From NCBI GenBank assembly GCA_043823195.1, contig JBDRAZ010000038.1, positions 3,592-67,591 on the forward strand: 64,000 nucleotides of DNA, given 5' to 3'. Below, in pieces: positions 37,241 to 49,491 of this stretch. Under the pieces are notes generated by a model, which worked only from the letters and a program-made list of their open reading frames with translations, did no database searches and was not told where the DNA came from. The DNA comes from an archaeon (GTDB taxonomy: Archaea > Nanobdellota > Nanobdellia > Woesearchaeales > JBDRAZ01). Numbering within the stretch: the stretch's first letter is position 1; every line of letters begins with the position of its first letter. A program made the position numbers and the translations under genes.

Positions 37241-38602
37241 TTATCTGACATCTTCTATCCAATCGAGGAATAGGCGCCTGCATTCGCTGCTTTTCAGCAT
37301 CTTTGAGAAGAGGTAATCAAACTGAAGCTTTGCCAGCCTGCACCGGTCATCATTTGGGAGCTGCGGGATGGGATTTCCTGTCTTTGCGTAGCTGCGTACC
37401 GGGCAGATGCCGCAATAGGGCTTCCAGATGCAGGCATCGCAGATCAGGGTTTCATTGACCGAGAGTTCAACCAGGCCCTTTACATCCGGTGATTTGAGCA
37501 GATCCCCATATGTGTGCTCCTGCACGTCGCCAACCAGGAAAAAGTCGTCACCGGTCAGCCTGGCCTCATCACAGGAGTAGATATCGCCGTTTGTGTCATA
37601 GGCAAGGGTGCCTATCACGGCGCCGCAGGGGCTGTCCATGCAGAGGTAGCGTGGGTTTGCATCTGTCAGGATCTTTTTAAGCATGAAACAGGTTCCCTTT
37701 TCCTTCAGGGTTCCCTTCTCAATCAGGCTGTCCATTGCCTTTTTCCAGAACCCGAAATACTCCTCAATTTCATACCCCACCGTCTCCCAGTTCCGGTCCG
37801 CGCGGTTAATCCTTGACACCGGCTGCAGCCAAATCCGCTCAAAACCAAGCGATGCGTATTCATCAATGATTTCCTGATGGTACGGAAGCGATGCACGCGT
37901 AACCACGAGGAGGGCTTCAATCATCCATGGCTTTTTTTTCTTAACTTCCCTAATCCACTTCACTGCAGCCTCATAGGAGCCTCTGCCGCCGGGATCAGGG
38001 CGGTTCATGTCATGCAGCAGCTTATGGCCATCAAGCGAGACCATGATCTTTACGCTTTTCTCCAAACAATAATCCAGAATGCCCTTGCTCATGAGCGTGA
38101 GATTTGTGACAATCACAAACTCAATATCCTTGTTGTGCTTGTGGTTGAGTTTTTCGGACAGCTCTATTACTAGTTTCACTATCGGGAAATTGAGCAGCGG
38201 CTCGCCGCCCTGGAATTCTATGCGGATGGATTCAGACGGCGTCTGGAAGATGAAATCCACAACCGCCTTTGCCACCTTAGGTGTCATGTCTGTTTCCTCT
38301 GCGCCTATTGCCGAATGGCAGTATGTGCAGTTCAGGTTGCAGCGCATGGTCGGGACCACAACATGCAGGGATGGTCCGCCCGACAGGCAGGCATATTTGT
38401 TCCTGTACCTCTTCTGAATCTTCTTAAGGCTCTTTTTGGTGAGGATCATGCCATGCTTTTCCAGCTTATCCCCTCCATCCGGATGCCCCTGGCGGTACCT
38501 GATGTAGTCCGGCTTGCTGAGGGCCAGCCACTGGCCGCAATCGTTGACAAGAAGATAACGGCTGCCTATGCGTTTCGTCCTGACAATACCCTGACTAGGC
38601 AT
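37241..38602 (-). CDS. radical SAM enzyme with SPASM domain and ~90-aa N-terminal extension (HxsB-like paired maturase candidate)
   Basis: PTMRCNLNCTYCH is the CxxxCxxC motif. EFQGGEPLL is present. The C-terminus CDACIWKPYCGICPVR is SPASM-like, with auxiliary cysteines CMDSPCG. Confidence 0.75.
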   Translation of the reverse strand: MPSQGIVRTKRIGSRYLLVNDCGQWLALSKPDYIRYRQGHPDGGDKLEKHGMILTKKSLKKIQKRYRNKYACLSGGPSLHVVVPTMRCNLNCTYCHSAIGAEETDMTPKVAKAVVDFIFQTPSESIRIEFQGGEPLLNFPIVKLVIELSEKLNHKHNKDIEFVIVTNLTLMSKGILDYCLEKSVKIMVSLDGHKLLHDMNRPDPGGRGSYEAAVKWIREVKKKKPWMIEALLVVTRASLPYHQEIIDEYASLGFERIWLQPVSRINRADRNWETVGYEIEEYFGFWKKAMDSLIEKGTLKEKGTCFMLKKILTDANPRYLCMDSPCGAVIGTLAYDTNGDIYSCDEARLTGDDFFLVGDVQEHTYGDLLKSPDVKGLVELSVNETLICDACIWKPYCGICPVRSYAKTGNPIPQLPNDDRCRLAKLQFDYLFSKMLKSSECRRLFLDWIEDVR

Positions 38603-38849
38603 TTTGCATTAATCCCAGAACATAGTTGTAGAATTCATATCCGAGTGTGGAAAGAGCAATGGAACCGGATTTGGGCGAGAGTGAGATGAACAGCTTATTT
38701 TTTACATCGCCGTCAAGGGCTACCCAGCAGCTGTCTGTGAAGGCCTGGGATGCCTCGATAATGGCTGAATAATCATATATCCTTGTATCTATGAAAAGCC
38801 TGACCTCGTTTTTCGCTTCATCCACCACTATTCCTTCTCCTGCACCCAT
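38595..38849 (-). CDS. small protein (84 aa), paralog of the adjacent upstream ORF; HxsD-like candidate
   Basis: MGAGEGIVV...RIYDYSAIIEASQAF...EFYNYVLGL aligns with the upstream ORF MGEGVGEY...KIYALDVVHSAAYTL...ELLNYAVYK. Its stop overlaps the downstream radical SAM gene. Confidence 0.5.
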   Translation of the reverse strand: MGAGEGIVVDEAKNEVRLFIDTRIYDYSAIIEASQAFTDSCWVALDGDVKNKLFISLSPKSGSIALSTLGYEFYNYVLGLMQNA

Positions 38850-39259
38850 GGTTTTCTTATGCCTTCCGGATCATCTTCACTGGCCCCAAAATCCTCTTCC
38901 TCATCAAGGAGGGTTTTCTCTGCCTGCTTTTTTTCTGCACCTGCTGACAGGGCCTTTTTTACTATCTCTGTGCGGATTTCGTTATTTTTTTCAATCTGCG
39001 ATTTATATACTGCATAATTCAGAAGCTCATTATTAAACATCCTTCCAATCCTTAGGAGGTCTGCCTTTACTGTCGGCCTTATCTCAACCAGGATCTCCTT
39101 ATCAGGATCCCCTGTGACAACAATATACGCCCTGTCAATCAGCGTGTAGGCTGCTGAATGAACCACATCCAGCGCATATATTTTCGGATTCACTGATATG
39201 ACTAGGTAATCTTTGTGAATCTCAAGATTTCCAGCGTATTCCCCCACACCCTCACCCAT
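38828..39259 (-). CDS. small protein (~143 aa from internal Met), paralog of 38595-38849, with acidic C-terminal tail
   Basis: Start chosen at MGEGVGEYAGN, just after the prepilin peptidase stop. The C-terminal tail is DEEEDFGASEDDPEG. Confidence 0.45.
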   Translation of the reverse strand: MGEGVGEYAGNLEIHKDYLVISVNPKIYALDVVHSAAYTLIDRAYIVVTGDPDKEILVEIRPTVKADLLRIGRMFNNELLNYAVYKSQIEKNNEIRTEIVKKALSAGAEKKQAEKTLLDEEEDFGASEDDPEGIRKPWVQEKE

Positions 39260-39297
39260 CGTTCGGGAACTAATCTTTGTATATAAAATCTTCGATT

Positions 39298-40380
39298 TCA
39301 GATAAGGGGCAGGATGTATAGCCTGATGCAGATGAGAAAATCGCCTTGGCACAGCAGAGTAAGGGCGGCCCCAAGAAGCATGAAGGGTGCGAAGGGAAGC
39401 GTATGGAAGATTCTTATGGTATGGTCGGGCAGCCTGCCCTGGTTGTGCAGGTCAATTATTTCTGTTATCTGCTTTTTTGTCAGTCCCTCGGTTGTTGCGC
39501 CAAACACCAGCCTGGGGGATGCCTGCTGGAACAGGCTTTGAATAAAGCTGTATGATATCCCGCTGCGTTTCCTCAGGATATCGTGATCATCCAGGATATT
39601 TTCAGCAAGGTGCATCCCGGGCTTCAGATTCTCAATATATATCTCGGATGTGAGGGCATCATATGAGAGTGTCAGAACATAGTACCTCATGACCAGGAAT
39701 AATACCAGTATTGTCAAGAATGAGCGGATGTAGGGCATTGTAAGGGTCTCATCATGCCCAAGGGTCAGGGCCAAGACCGACACCAGAATCCCGACCAGGG
39801 ATATCTTTATGCTGAATTTCTCAAGAATGAAGAGGATTACAAAAAGTATCACTACCATGACAAAGAAATCAAATGGGATATCCATCAGGGCAAAAATCCC
39901 TCCGATAATCCATGAGAATCCGAACAGGAACACAGCCATGCCCAGCATCAAGGATGGGCTTAGTATCATCTTCACGGCATTAAGCTGATGCCTGATGCCT
40001 GTTTTTATTATAATCCTGAACAAGTAATAGAAAAACAAGGGAACAAATGTGTTTACCAGGAGTGTGAAGGCAGTCAGATAGGGGCTGTGGATTCCGTGAA
40101 TGTATACTGTCCCGGGAATGAGCGCAGAGTATGCAAGGAAGAGCTTTGCATCGCCTGCAGACCACAACCCGGCAATCCAGATGATAAACCCGTAAAAAAA
40201 AGACATGAGCAGATTTATTGCATAGACCAAGAGGGAAGACCCGGTGACCAGTGTGGTGACAAGGGAGTATGCAAGGGCAATCACTATCCACTTGTTCCGT
40301 ATTATTCCGCGCCGGAAGTCTTCAAATGAGGTTAGAAGACCAAAAAAGACCAGGAACGGAACAAATATAACCGGATGCAT
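39298..40380 (-). CDS. type IV prepilin/preflagellin peptidase (A24 family) with long polytopic C-terminal extension
   Basis: The N-terminus LTSFEDFRRGIIRNKWIV carries the first catalytic Asp and IxN. AGDAKLF carries the second catalytic Asp. There are more than eight TM segments. Confidence 0.55.
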   Translation of the reverse strand: MHPVIFVPFLVFFGLLTSFEDFRRGIIRNKWIVIALAYSLVTTLVTGSSLLVYAINLLMSFFYGFIIWIAGLWSAGDAKLFLAYSALIPGTVYIHGIHSPYLTAFTLLVNTFVPLFFYYLFRIIIKTGIRHQLNAVKMILSPSLMLGMAVFLFGFSWIIGGIFALMDIPFDFFVMVVILFVILFILEKFSIKISLVGILVSVLALTLGHDETLTMPYIRSFLTILVLFLVMRYYVLTLSYDALTSEIYIENLKPGMHLAENILDDHDILRKRSGISYSFIQSLFQQASPRLVFGATTEGLTKKQITEIIDLHNQGRLPDHTIRIFHTLPFAPFMLLGAALTLLCQGDFLICIRLYILPLI

Positions 40381-40381
40381 C

Positions 40382-41995
40382 CTATATGCTGCCTTTTCTG
40401 AGACCGCCTTTCCTGAGGCTGCCTGCTACTGTAATTGCTTCTATACCAGGCAGGGTACCTTTCTCAATCAGCTCCAGCGTGGCGCCGCCGGCATTGGAGA
40501 CTGCCGTAAACGAGCCTCGGCTGCCGAACCGGTTTATGACTGCTGTGGTGTCTCCGCCGCCTGCAATAGTTGTTCCTCCGGAGCCCTTTGCCTCGCCGAT
40601 TGCCTGCAGCACCATTTCATGAACATGGGAAAGTCCTTCTGCCCGCGGATCCTCTATGCTTAAGGGCCCGGCCAGAAGCACAATGCCTGCATCTCTGACC
40701 CTGCTGCAGATACTTGCGACGCTCCGGGGGCCCGGTGCTATGCCCAGCCAGCCGGCCGGAATGCCGGCAGCCCTGCCATGGACCACGGCCCTGCAGCCCT
40801 TAGGGAGATAGCCGCCCTTGTCAGGGGCCTTGTCCGCGATAACATGATCTTCTGCAAGCATCAGCTGGATCCCTTTATCATTGGCCTTCAGAATCACCCG
40901 GGCAGCAAACACTGTCTGCTCCCCTTCCTGGCCCCACCTCATGTAAGAATCACCTATCAGCCCCCTGATGTCACCAGGGGTAATGCCCAGAATCGCCAGA
41001 AGCTTGTCAGACTTGGATTTCTGAACCTGCGCCTCACGGTCTGAGGCACGCCGTGATGCATCTGGCTTGCCGTCCTCTTTTATGGCCTTAACCTCCCCGG
41101 CCAGTGTTTTGTTATATAAGTCAATGATGCTGCCGGCAGAATCCAGGTTCCCTTTTATCCTGCCAAGAAACTCTTGTGCCACAAGGAAGGTGTAGACAAC
41201 GGCTCCGCCAACAACCAGTGTGTCTCCGGCCCTCATCTTGTCCATGAGGGCATTGGTGACTGATATTTTTGACGTGATTCCCGGGTCAGTCTCGATCTTC
41301 TTGCCCGAAAGGAAGAGTACAAATGAACCCCGGTTTTCATCCTCCAGCCCATGGGACAGGCTGCCCATGTGCCTGACTATTTCAGGGTATCTCAGTCCGA
41401 ATACAGCCTGCCCTCCATTTGAGACCACATATCGGGGCGTGCTGACTATTGTTGCTTCAGGCCTGTGGTTCTGGGCCTCGGCCTCGTTAACATAAACAGC
41501 GCCATGCCCGCCAAGATCTGCTATGAACCTGGCAAAGTCCTGGTCATCTGCATTGGCTTCCGGGTCATACCGCACATTCTCCAGAACGCAAAGCTGCCCC
41601 GGCTTAAGCTGGCTCGTTATTTGTTTGACCTCTGCCCTGTTTTTGTTCACGCTTCTCGGTGAAGAGCCATCGAGCGCATTTGGAGCCATCAGAACCGGAT
41701 GTCTCAGGCAATTGTCTTCTTCCATCAGTTCCTGCAAGCGGATTACAGCAGGGGCCATGCTCAGGTCAGGGTCAGCCCCCTTGGGCCTCCCCAGCCAGCC
41801 CGCAGCTACGACCACCCTGCAATTTTTTTCAACCAGGTGTTTAATCGTAGGGAGGACATCCCTTATCCTGGAGTCATCTGATATCCTTTCGGCAGTCAGC
41901 AGCTCTTTTGCCGTATCAATAGGCAGGTCAAAAGCAACACGCAGAATCACGCACTTGTCATCAATGTCAACATCCCTGATTGTCTTAAGCTTCAA
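40382..41995 (-). CDS. pgk: phosphoglycerate kinase (unusually long, 537 aa)
   Basis: N-terminal KTIRDVDIDDKCVILRVAFDLPID...DDSRIRDVLPTIKHL...LGRPKG. C-terminal GGGDTTAV...SNAGGATLELIEKGTLPGI. The extra ~120 aa lie in the middle. Confidence 0.75.
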   Translation of the reverse strand: MKLKTIRDVDIDDKCVILRVAFDLPIDTAKELLTAERISDDSRIRDVLPTIKHLVEKNCRVVVAAGWLGRPKGADPDLSMAPAVIRLQELMEEDNCLRHPVLMAPNALDGSSPRSVNKNRAEVKQITSQLKPGQLCVLENVRYDPEANADDQDFARFIADLGGHGAVYVNEAEAQNHRPEATIVSTPRYVVSNGGQAVFGLRYPEIVRHMGSLSHGLEDENRGSFVLFLSGKKIETDPGITSKISVTNALMDKMRAGDTLVVGGAVVYTFLVAQEFLGRIKGNLDSAGSIIDLYNKTLAGEVKAIKEDGKPDASRRASDREAQVQKSKSDKLLAILGITPGDIRGLIGDSYMRWGQEGEQTVFAARVILKANDKGIQLMLAEDHVIADKAPDKGGYLPKGCRAVVHGRAAGIPAGWLGIAPGPRSVASICSRVRDAGIVLLAGPLSIEDPRAEGLSHVHEMVLQAIGEAKGSGGTTIAGGGDTTAVINRFGSRGSFTAVSNAGGATLELIEKGTLPGIEAITVAGSLRKGGLRKGSI

Positions 41996-42012
41996 TCTGA
42001 ACCACCCCCCGC

Positions 42013-43140
42013 CTAGAGGTGCAATACCTTTCTTATAAGTTTTTTGGTAAAGAGAATTGAGCGGATATAAACCGGCTGCCTCAGCCTGATCGCGTGCTCC
42101 GGGCAGAGCTCATAGCAGCAGTAGCACTTGATGCATCTGCCGTACGCTATTCGCGGATATGGCCTCATTGAGATGGCCCCAACCGGGCAGGCCTTCCGGC
42201 ATTTTTTGCACTGGATGCACAACCGGTCCCTGCATACGGGTCTTGCCAGGATGAGACCCTGGAACAGGCTCAGCAATGCTGCCGGGATTCTGCGGCTGAA
42301 AAGCCGGGGCTTGTCGTAGTCAACCCTCTTCGTACTGCCCACCTCTTCCGGCTTATCGGTGAGCCCGCGCTGGAGGCCAAACCTGTTTGTCAGGACATCA
42401 TCCCTCCCAAAGCCAATCCTTTCCGAGGCTACAATGTCAAGTGCCAGGCAGTCCTGTGATGCAAGGATCAGCCCGGTATTTCGGGGATGCCCCCCCCTTC
42501 CGGGGCCGTAGCCCTCAAGGCCGATCACCCCGTCCATTATGGCTATAATAGGGATGTCAAAGGCCGTGTAAATATCCAGCAGAAGCTGTGAAAAGAGCTC
42601 TGCGGTCTTGCCGATCCGGTGAAATTCGGATTTTGTGCCTCCCGGAAGGAAGCCATAGAGATTCTTTACCGCTCCGGTGTACCTGGTCAGCGCATGTGTC
42701 TTTAGTTTCGGCAGGTTGACTATGTAATCAATTTCCCTGAGGCGGGCTGAAAGGGGAACCTCGCTAAGGACCATTCCCTTGACAGGTTTCCTCTCAATTA
42801 CCGTATTCTCAAAAAACAGTGGCTCGGCCCTGAATCTCCTGATGACCTCATCCATTCCGGTGATCCGGAATATCTCCCGGCCGGCAGCAAGGGATGGTCC
42901 CATGCTCTCGGCAATAATTATCCTGCAGCCACGTTTCCTCAGAAGCCTGCAGACCGCTGCAACAACCGAAGGGTGCGTGGTTATTGCCTCATCAGGGTGC
43001 GCTGCGAGAAGAAGATTTGGCTTGATCAGGACTGTGCCCCCGGAAAAGCTGAAGCTGATTTTTTTCAGTGCTGTTTTTATTGCCCTCTCTACGAGAACAG
43101 GATCATAGGATGGGCATTCTGCAACTGAAACCTTTGCCAT
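42013..43140 (-). CDS. DUF362-domain protein with C-terminal 2x[4Fe-4S] ferredoxin domain
   Basis: CIQCKKCRKACP and CIKCYCCYELCP are ferredoxin cysteine motifs. The N-terminal domain resembles DUF362. Confidence 0.5.
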   Translation of the reverse strand: MAKVSVAECPSYDPVLVERAIKTALKKISFSFSGGTVLIKPNLLLAAHPDEAITTHPSVVAAVCRLLRKRGCRIIIAESMGPSLAAGREIFRITGMDEVIRRFRAEPLFFENTVIERKPVKGMVLSEVPLSARLREIDYIVNLPKLKTHALTRYTGAVKNLYGFLPGGTKSEFHRIGKTAELFSQLLLDIYTAFDIPIIAIMDGVIGLEGYGPGRGGHPRNTGLILASQDCLALDIVASERIGFGRDDVLTNRFGLQRGLTDKPEEVGSTKRVDYDKPRLFSRRIPAALLSLFQGLILARPVCRDRLCIQCKKCRKACPVGAISMRPYPRIAYGRCIKCYCCYELCPEHAIRLRQPVYIRSILFTKKLIRKVLHL

Positions 43141-43172
43141 GCATAAATCAAATAAGGAAGAAATATAAAAAC

Positions 43173-46550
<3,378 letters not shown>

Positions 46551-46700
46551 ACCTCTTTAAAAATGTCATTATCAAATCAGTTTATAAACATTTGTCTTAA
46601 TTGCACAATGGTATGTTCCAGGCGCCTGTTGGGGAAAAATTTTGCAGCCCGGGCCCATGGCTTTGGAACCGCTGAACATGCCGCAGGATACCATGCGCTC

Positions 46701-48257
46701 TTACCGGGCAGATTTGCAGAGGAAATACCTGAACCCCTTCTCAATTGCCTCAAGGCTTGCTTCAATAATATTTGTTGAAACACCGACCGTTGCCCAGACT
46801 GTGTGGTTCCTGAATTCAATGTAAACCCTTACTGATGATTCGGCACCCCTGTCCTGGGCGATCATAACCTTATAGTTGATCAGGCTAATATCCCATATTC
46901 CCCTGTGGTTGGTCGCAATCATCTTTTGCAGGGCCTTGTAGAGGGCATCAACAGGGCCGCCATCAACAGGAGCAACAACCTCTCGCTGTTTTCCATCAAC
47001 TGTGCCGGTGATTACTGCTTCGCTGTATTCCCCGTTTCTCTGCTCACACATAACCTTCCATGTGCGGACTTTAAAGAATTGCCTATCCTCTTTCAGGAAT
47101 CGCTCTACAAGCAGGAAGTGTTCAGCAGGCAGGCTGCTGATATCATAGCCTGCGTTCTCAAGGCGCCCGACTTCAGCAAGCATCTCACTAACGCCCCTGC
47201 TGTTCTTGTCAACTGAGAGGCCCATGCCTTTTGCGATTTCAACTATGCTTGCCTTCCCGGACAGATCGCTCAGTATTATCTGTCGCTTGTTCCCGACAGA
47301 TGCAGGCTCGATATGCTCATATGATGCCCCTTTAGACATGGCATCGACGTGAACACCCCCCTTGTGCGCAAAGGCGTTCCTGCCAACATACGGCTGTGCG
47401 CTGCTGGGCCTAAGGTTTGTAAGGGTATAGGCTTGCTTGCTGAGATTCGTGATCTGATCCAGCCTGACCTTTGGCAATTTGATATCCTTCTTCAGCATAA
47501 GATTCGGAACCACCTGGCACAGGTCTGCATTCCCTGCGCGCTCGCCTAACCCATTGACGGTCACGTGGAACTGGGTCAGATGATCTGAGGCAACCACCGA
47601 GTTGGCTACTGCACACCCCGAGTCATTGTGCATATGGATCCCCAGGGTTCCCGAGACATTTCTTTTCATAAGCTGCTGATCCACTTCATCAACGATGCGC
47701 AGGACTTCATCAGGAAGAAAACCGCCGTTCGTATCGCACAGAATAAGGCGTTCTGCGCCAGCTTCTGCGGCGGTCAGCAGGCACTCAATCGCGTATTCGC
47801 TGTCATCTGCATACCCGTCGAAGAAGTGCTCAGCATCATAGAAAACAGCAAGGCCCTTCTTCCTGAGGAATCCGATGCTGTCACGTATCATGCCGAGATT
47901 CTGTTCCGGAGTCGCCTTCAGCTGCTTGCCTATGTGGTCTTTGATTGTCTTGCCAAAAATGGTTGCTGTCCTGGCACCGCTCTCTAGAATGGCTGAAAGA
48001 TTTGGATCATCATCTGGCTTCATGTCCTTTCGTCTTGTGGACCCGAAGGCAACAATCTGCGCATTCCTGAGCTTCAGCCCGGCTGCCTTCTGAAAGCACT
48101 GCATGTCCTTTGCATTTGACCCAGGCCAACCCAGCTCAATATAGTCAACCCCAAAATCATCAAGGAGCTGCACAAGCTCAATCTTATCCCTGACAGTAAG
48201 GTTGACCTCACCGCCCTGGGTTCCGTCACGCAAGGTGCAATCATATATCTCAGTCAT
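46701..48257 (-). CDS. citramalate synthase / 2-isopropylmalate synthase family (LeuA/CimA)
   Basis: MTEIYDCTLRDGTQGG is the canonical N-terminus. The HxH metal site region GIHMHNDSGCAVANS and a C-terminal regulatory domain are present. The ORF-track N-terminal extension was rejected. Confidence 0.75.
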   Translation of the reverse strand: MTEIYDCTLRDGTQGGEVNLTVRDKIELVQLLDDFGVDYIELGWPGSNAKDMQCFQKAAGLKLRNAQIVAFGSTRRKDMKPDDDPNLSAILESGARTATIFGKTIKDHIGKQLKATPEQNLGMIRDSIGFLRKKGLAVFYDAEHFFDGYADDSEYAIECLLTAAEAGAERLILCDTNGGFLPDEVLRIVDEVDQQLMKRNVSGTLGIHMHNDSGCAVANSVVASDHLTQFHVTVNGLGERAGNADLCQVVPNLMLKKDIKLPKVRLDQITNLSKQAYTLTNLRPSSAQPYVGRNAFAHKGGVHVDAMSKGASYEHIEPASVGNKRQIILSDLSGKASIVEIAKGMGLSVDKNSRGVSEMLAEVGRLENAGYDISSLPAEHFLLVERFLKEDRQFFKVRTWKVMCEQRNGEYSEAVITGTVDGKQREVVAPVDGGPVDALYKALQKMIATNHRGIWDISLINYKVMIAQDRGAESSVRVYIEFRNHTVWATVGVSTNIIEASLEAIEKGFRYFLCKSAR

Positions 48258-48405
48258 TTTGTTCCTCCAGAATGCACGGGCCGTTATCTGGCCTAAACTA
48301 AATAATAATAACAGAAGCAATCTTGTTTTGCATCGCCTGATTCATGTCTGGGTAAGGTTGAGAGGATGTTTATAAATCTTTTGCTGATGGGCCGGATTGT
48401 GCCTG

Positions 48406-49473
48406 CTATTTTCTCTCAATACCCAGTATGCTCAGGAAAAATGAGGAAAAGATTGTCTGCATTCCGATGATAAGCACTGTGAGATTTGTTATTGTGAGCG
48501 TGAATCCGGAAACCAGCAAGCCGGTAAGCAGAATCAGGCTTCCAATTATTATCCCTTTCTCGACAGAGATGTGCTTGTTAAGGAGGTCAATCCAGGGGTC
48601 ATGTTCACCCAGGTGAACAGAGGCATATGTTTTGGCAAATATTCCCAGCAAAAGAATCTGGTAGCCGCCGATTGCCGACAGGCTGAATATGAACGGGACA
48701 GGCAAATGCAGCAACCCATCAGACAGTGTGCTGTAGAGCAGCAATGAAAAAGCCAGGACAAGCAGCAGAAATCCCGGAATGATAAACAGATAATCCGGCG
48801 AGTACAGCAGCATAAACCTCAGGTGCTTCCAGCCATCCCGGAAGGAGTCCAGCTTTGACTCCCCAACACGGGGATAATATGATATCGGCACCTCGCATAC
48901 CCGCAGGTCTGCCTTTACTGCCTTAATTATCATCTCTGTTGCAAATTCCATCCCGGTTGTGTTCAGCTTAAGCCTGGCAAGCGCCTCTGCCTTGATTGCG
49001 CGCATGCCTGAGTGAACATCGCTCAGCCGTGATCCGAAGAGCAGGTTGGTTATGCCGGACAGGAGGGGATTTCCCAGATACCTATGCAGGAACAGCATTG
49101 CGCCTTTCTTGATATCGCCCTTCAGACGCGTGCCAACAACAAGATCACAGCCCTTTATGGCTTTAAGGAATTTTGGAATTTCATTAAAATCGTATGTATT
49201 GTCAGCATCCCCGTACAGAATGACGGTGCCCTTTGCGTGCCTGAACCCCTCCAGAAGCGCATTGCCATAGCCCTTGGTGTGCCTGACGACGGTTGCCCCA
49301 AGCTTACGCGCAATCCCTGCGGAATCATCATGCGATGAATCGGAGATAATTATCTCCCCGTTTATCTTCTCCCTGGCAAGCACTCCCTGTATCTTCTTTA
49401 TGCAAAGTCCTACAGTGGCCTCTTCATCCCTGCAGGGAAGTATGACTGAGAGGTACGGATTCATGAGGAACAT
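48406..49473 (-). CDS. GT2 glycosyltransferase, dolichyl/polyprenyl-phosphate sugar synthase-like, with C-terminal TM domain
   Basis: LSVILPCRDEEATV plus YGDADNTYD (DxD) identify a GT2 fold. The C-terminal third is hydrophobic. The gene is the last in the radical SAM array operon. Confidence 0.7.
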   Translation of the reverse strand: MFLMNPYLSVILPCRDEEATVGLCIKKIQGVLAREKINGEIIISDSSHDDSAGIARKLGATVVRHTKGYGNALLEGFRHAKGTVILYGDADNTYDFNEIPKFLKAIKGCDLVVGTRLKGDIKKGAMLFLHRYLGNPLLSGITNLLFGSRLSDVHSGMRAIKAEALARLKLNTTGMEFATEMIIKAVKADLRVCEVPISYYPRVGESKLDSFRDGWKHLRFMLLYSPDYLFIIPGFLLLVLAFSLLLYSTLSDGLLHLPVPFIFSLSAIGGYQILLLGIFAKTYASVHLGEHDPWIDLLNKHISVEKGIIIGSLILLTGLLVSGFTLTITNLTVLIIGMQTIFSSFFLSILGIERK

Positions 49474-49491
49474 CCTAGATGCAGAATCTAT

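Noticed and set aside
48258-48320. The N-terminal MLLLLLFSLGQITARAF extension of the citramalate/isopropylmalate synthase looked like a signal peptide.
   Set aside because: The enzyme family is cytoplasmic and the canonical start MTEIYDCTLRDG lies at an internal Met. The extension is an ORF-track artefact.
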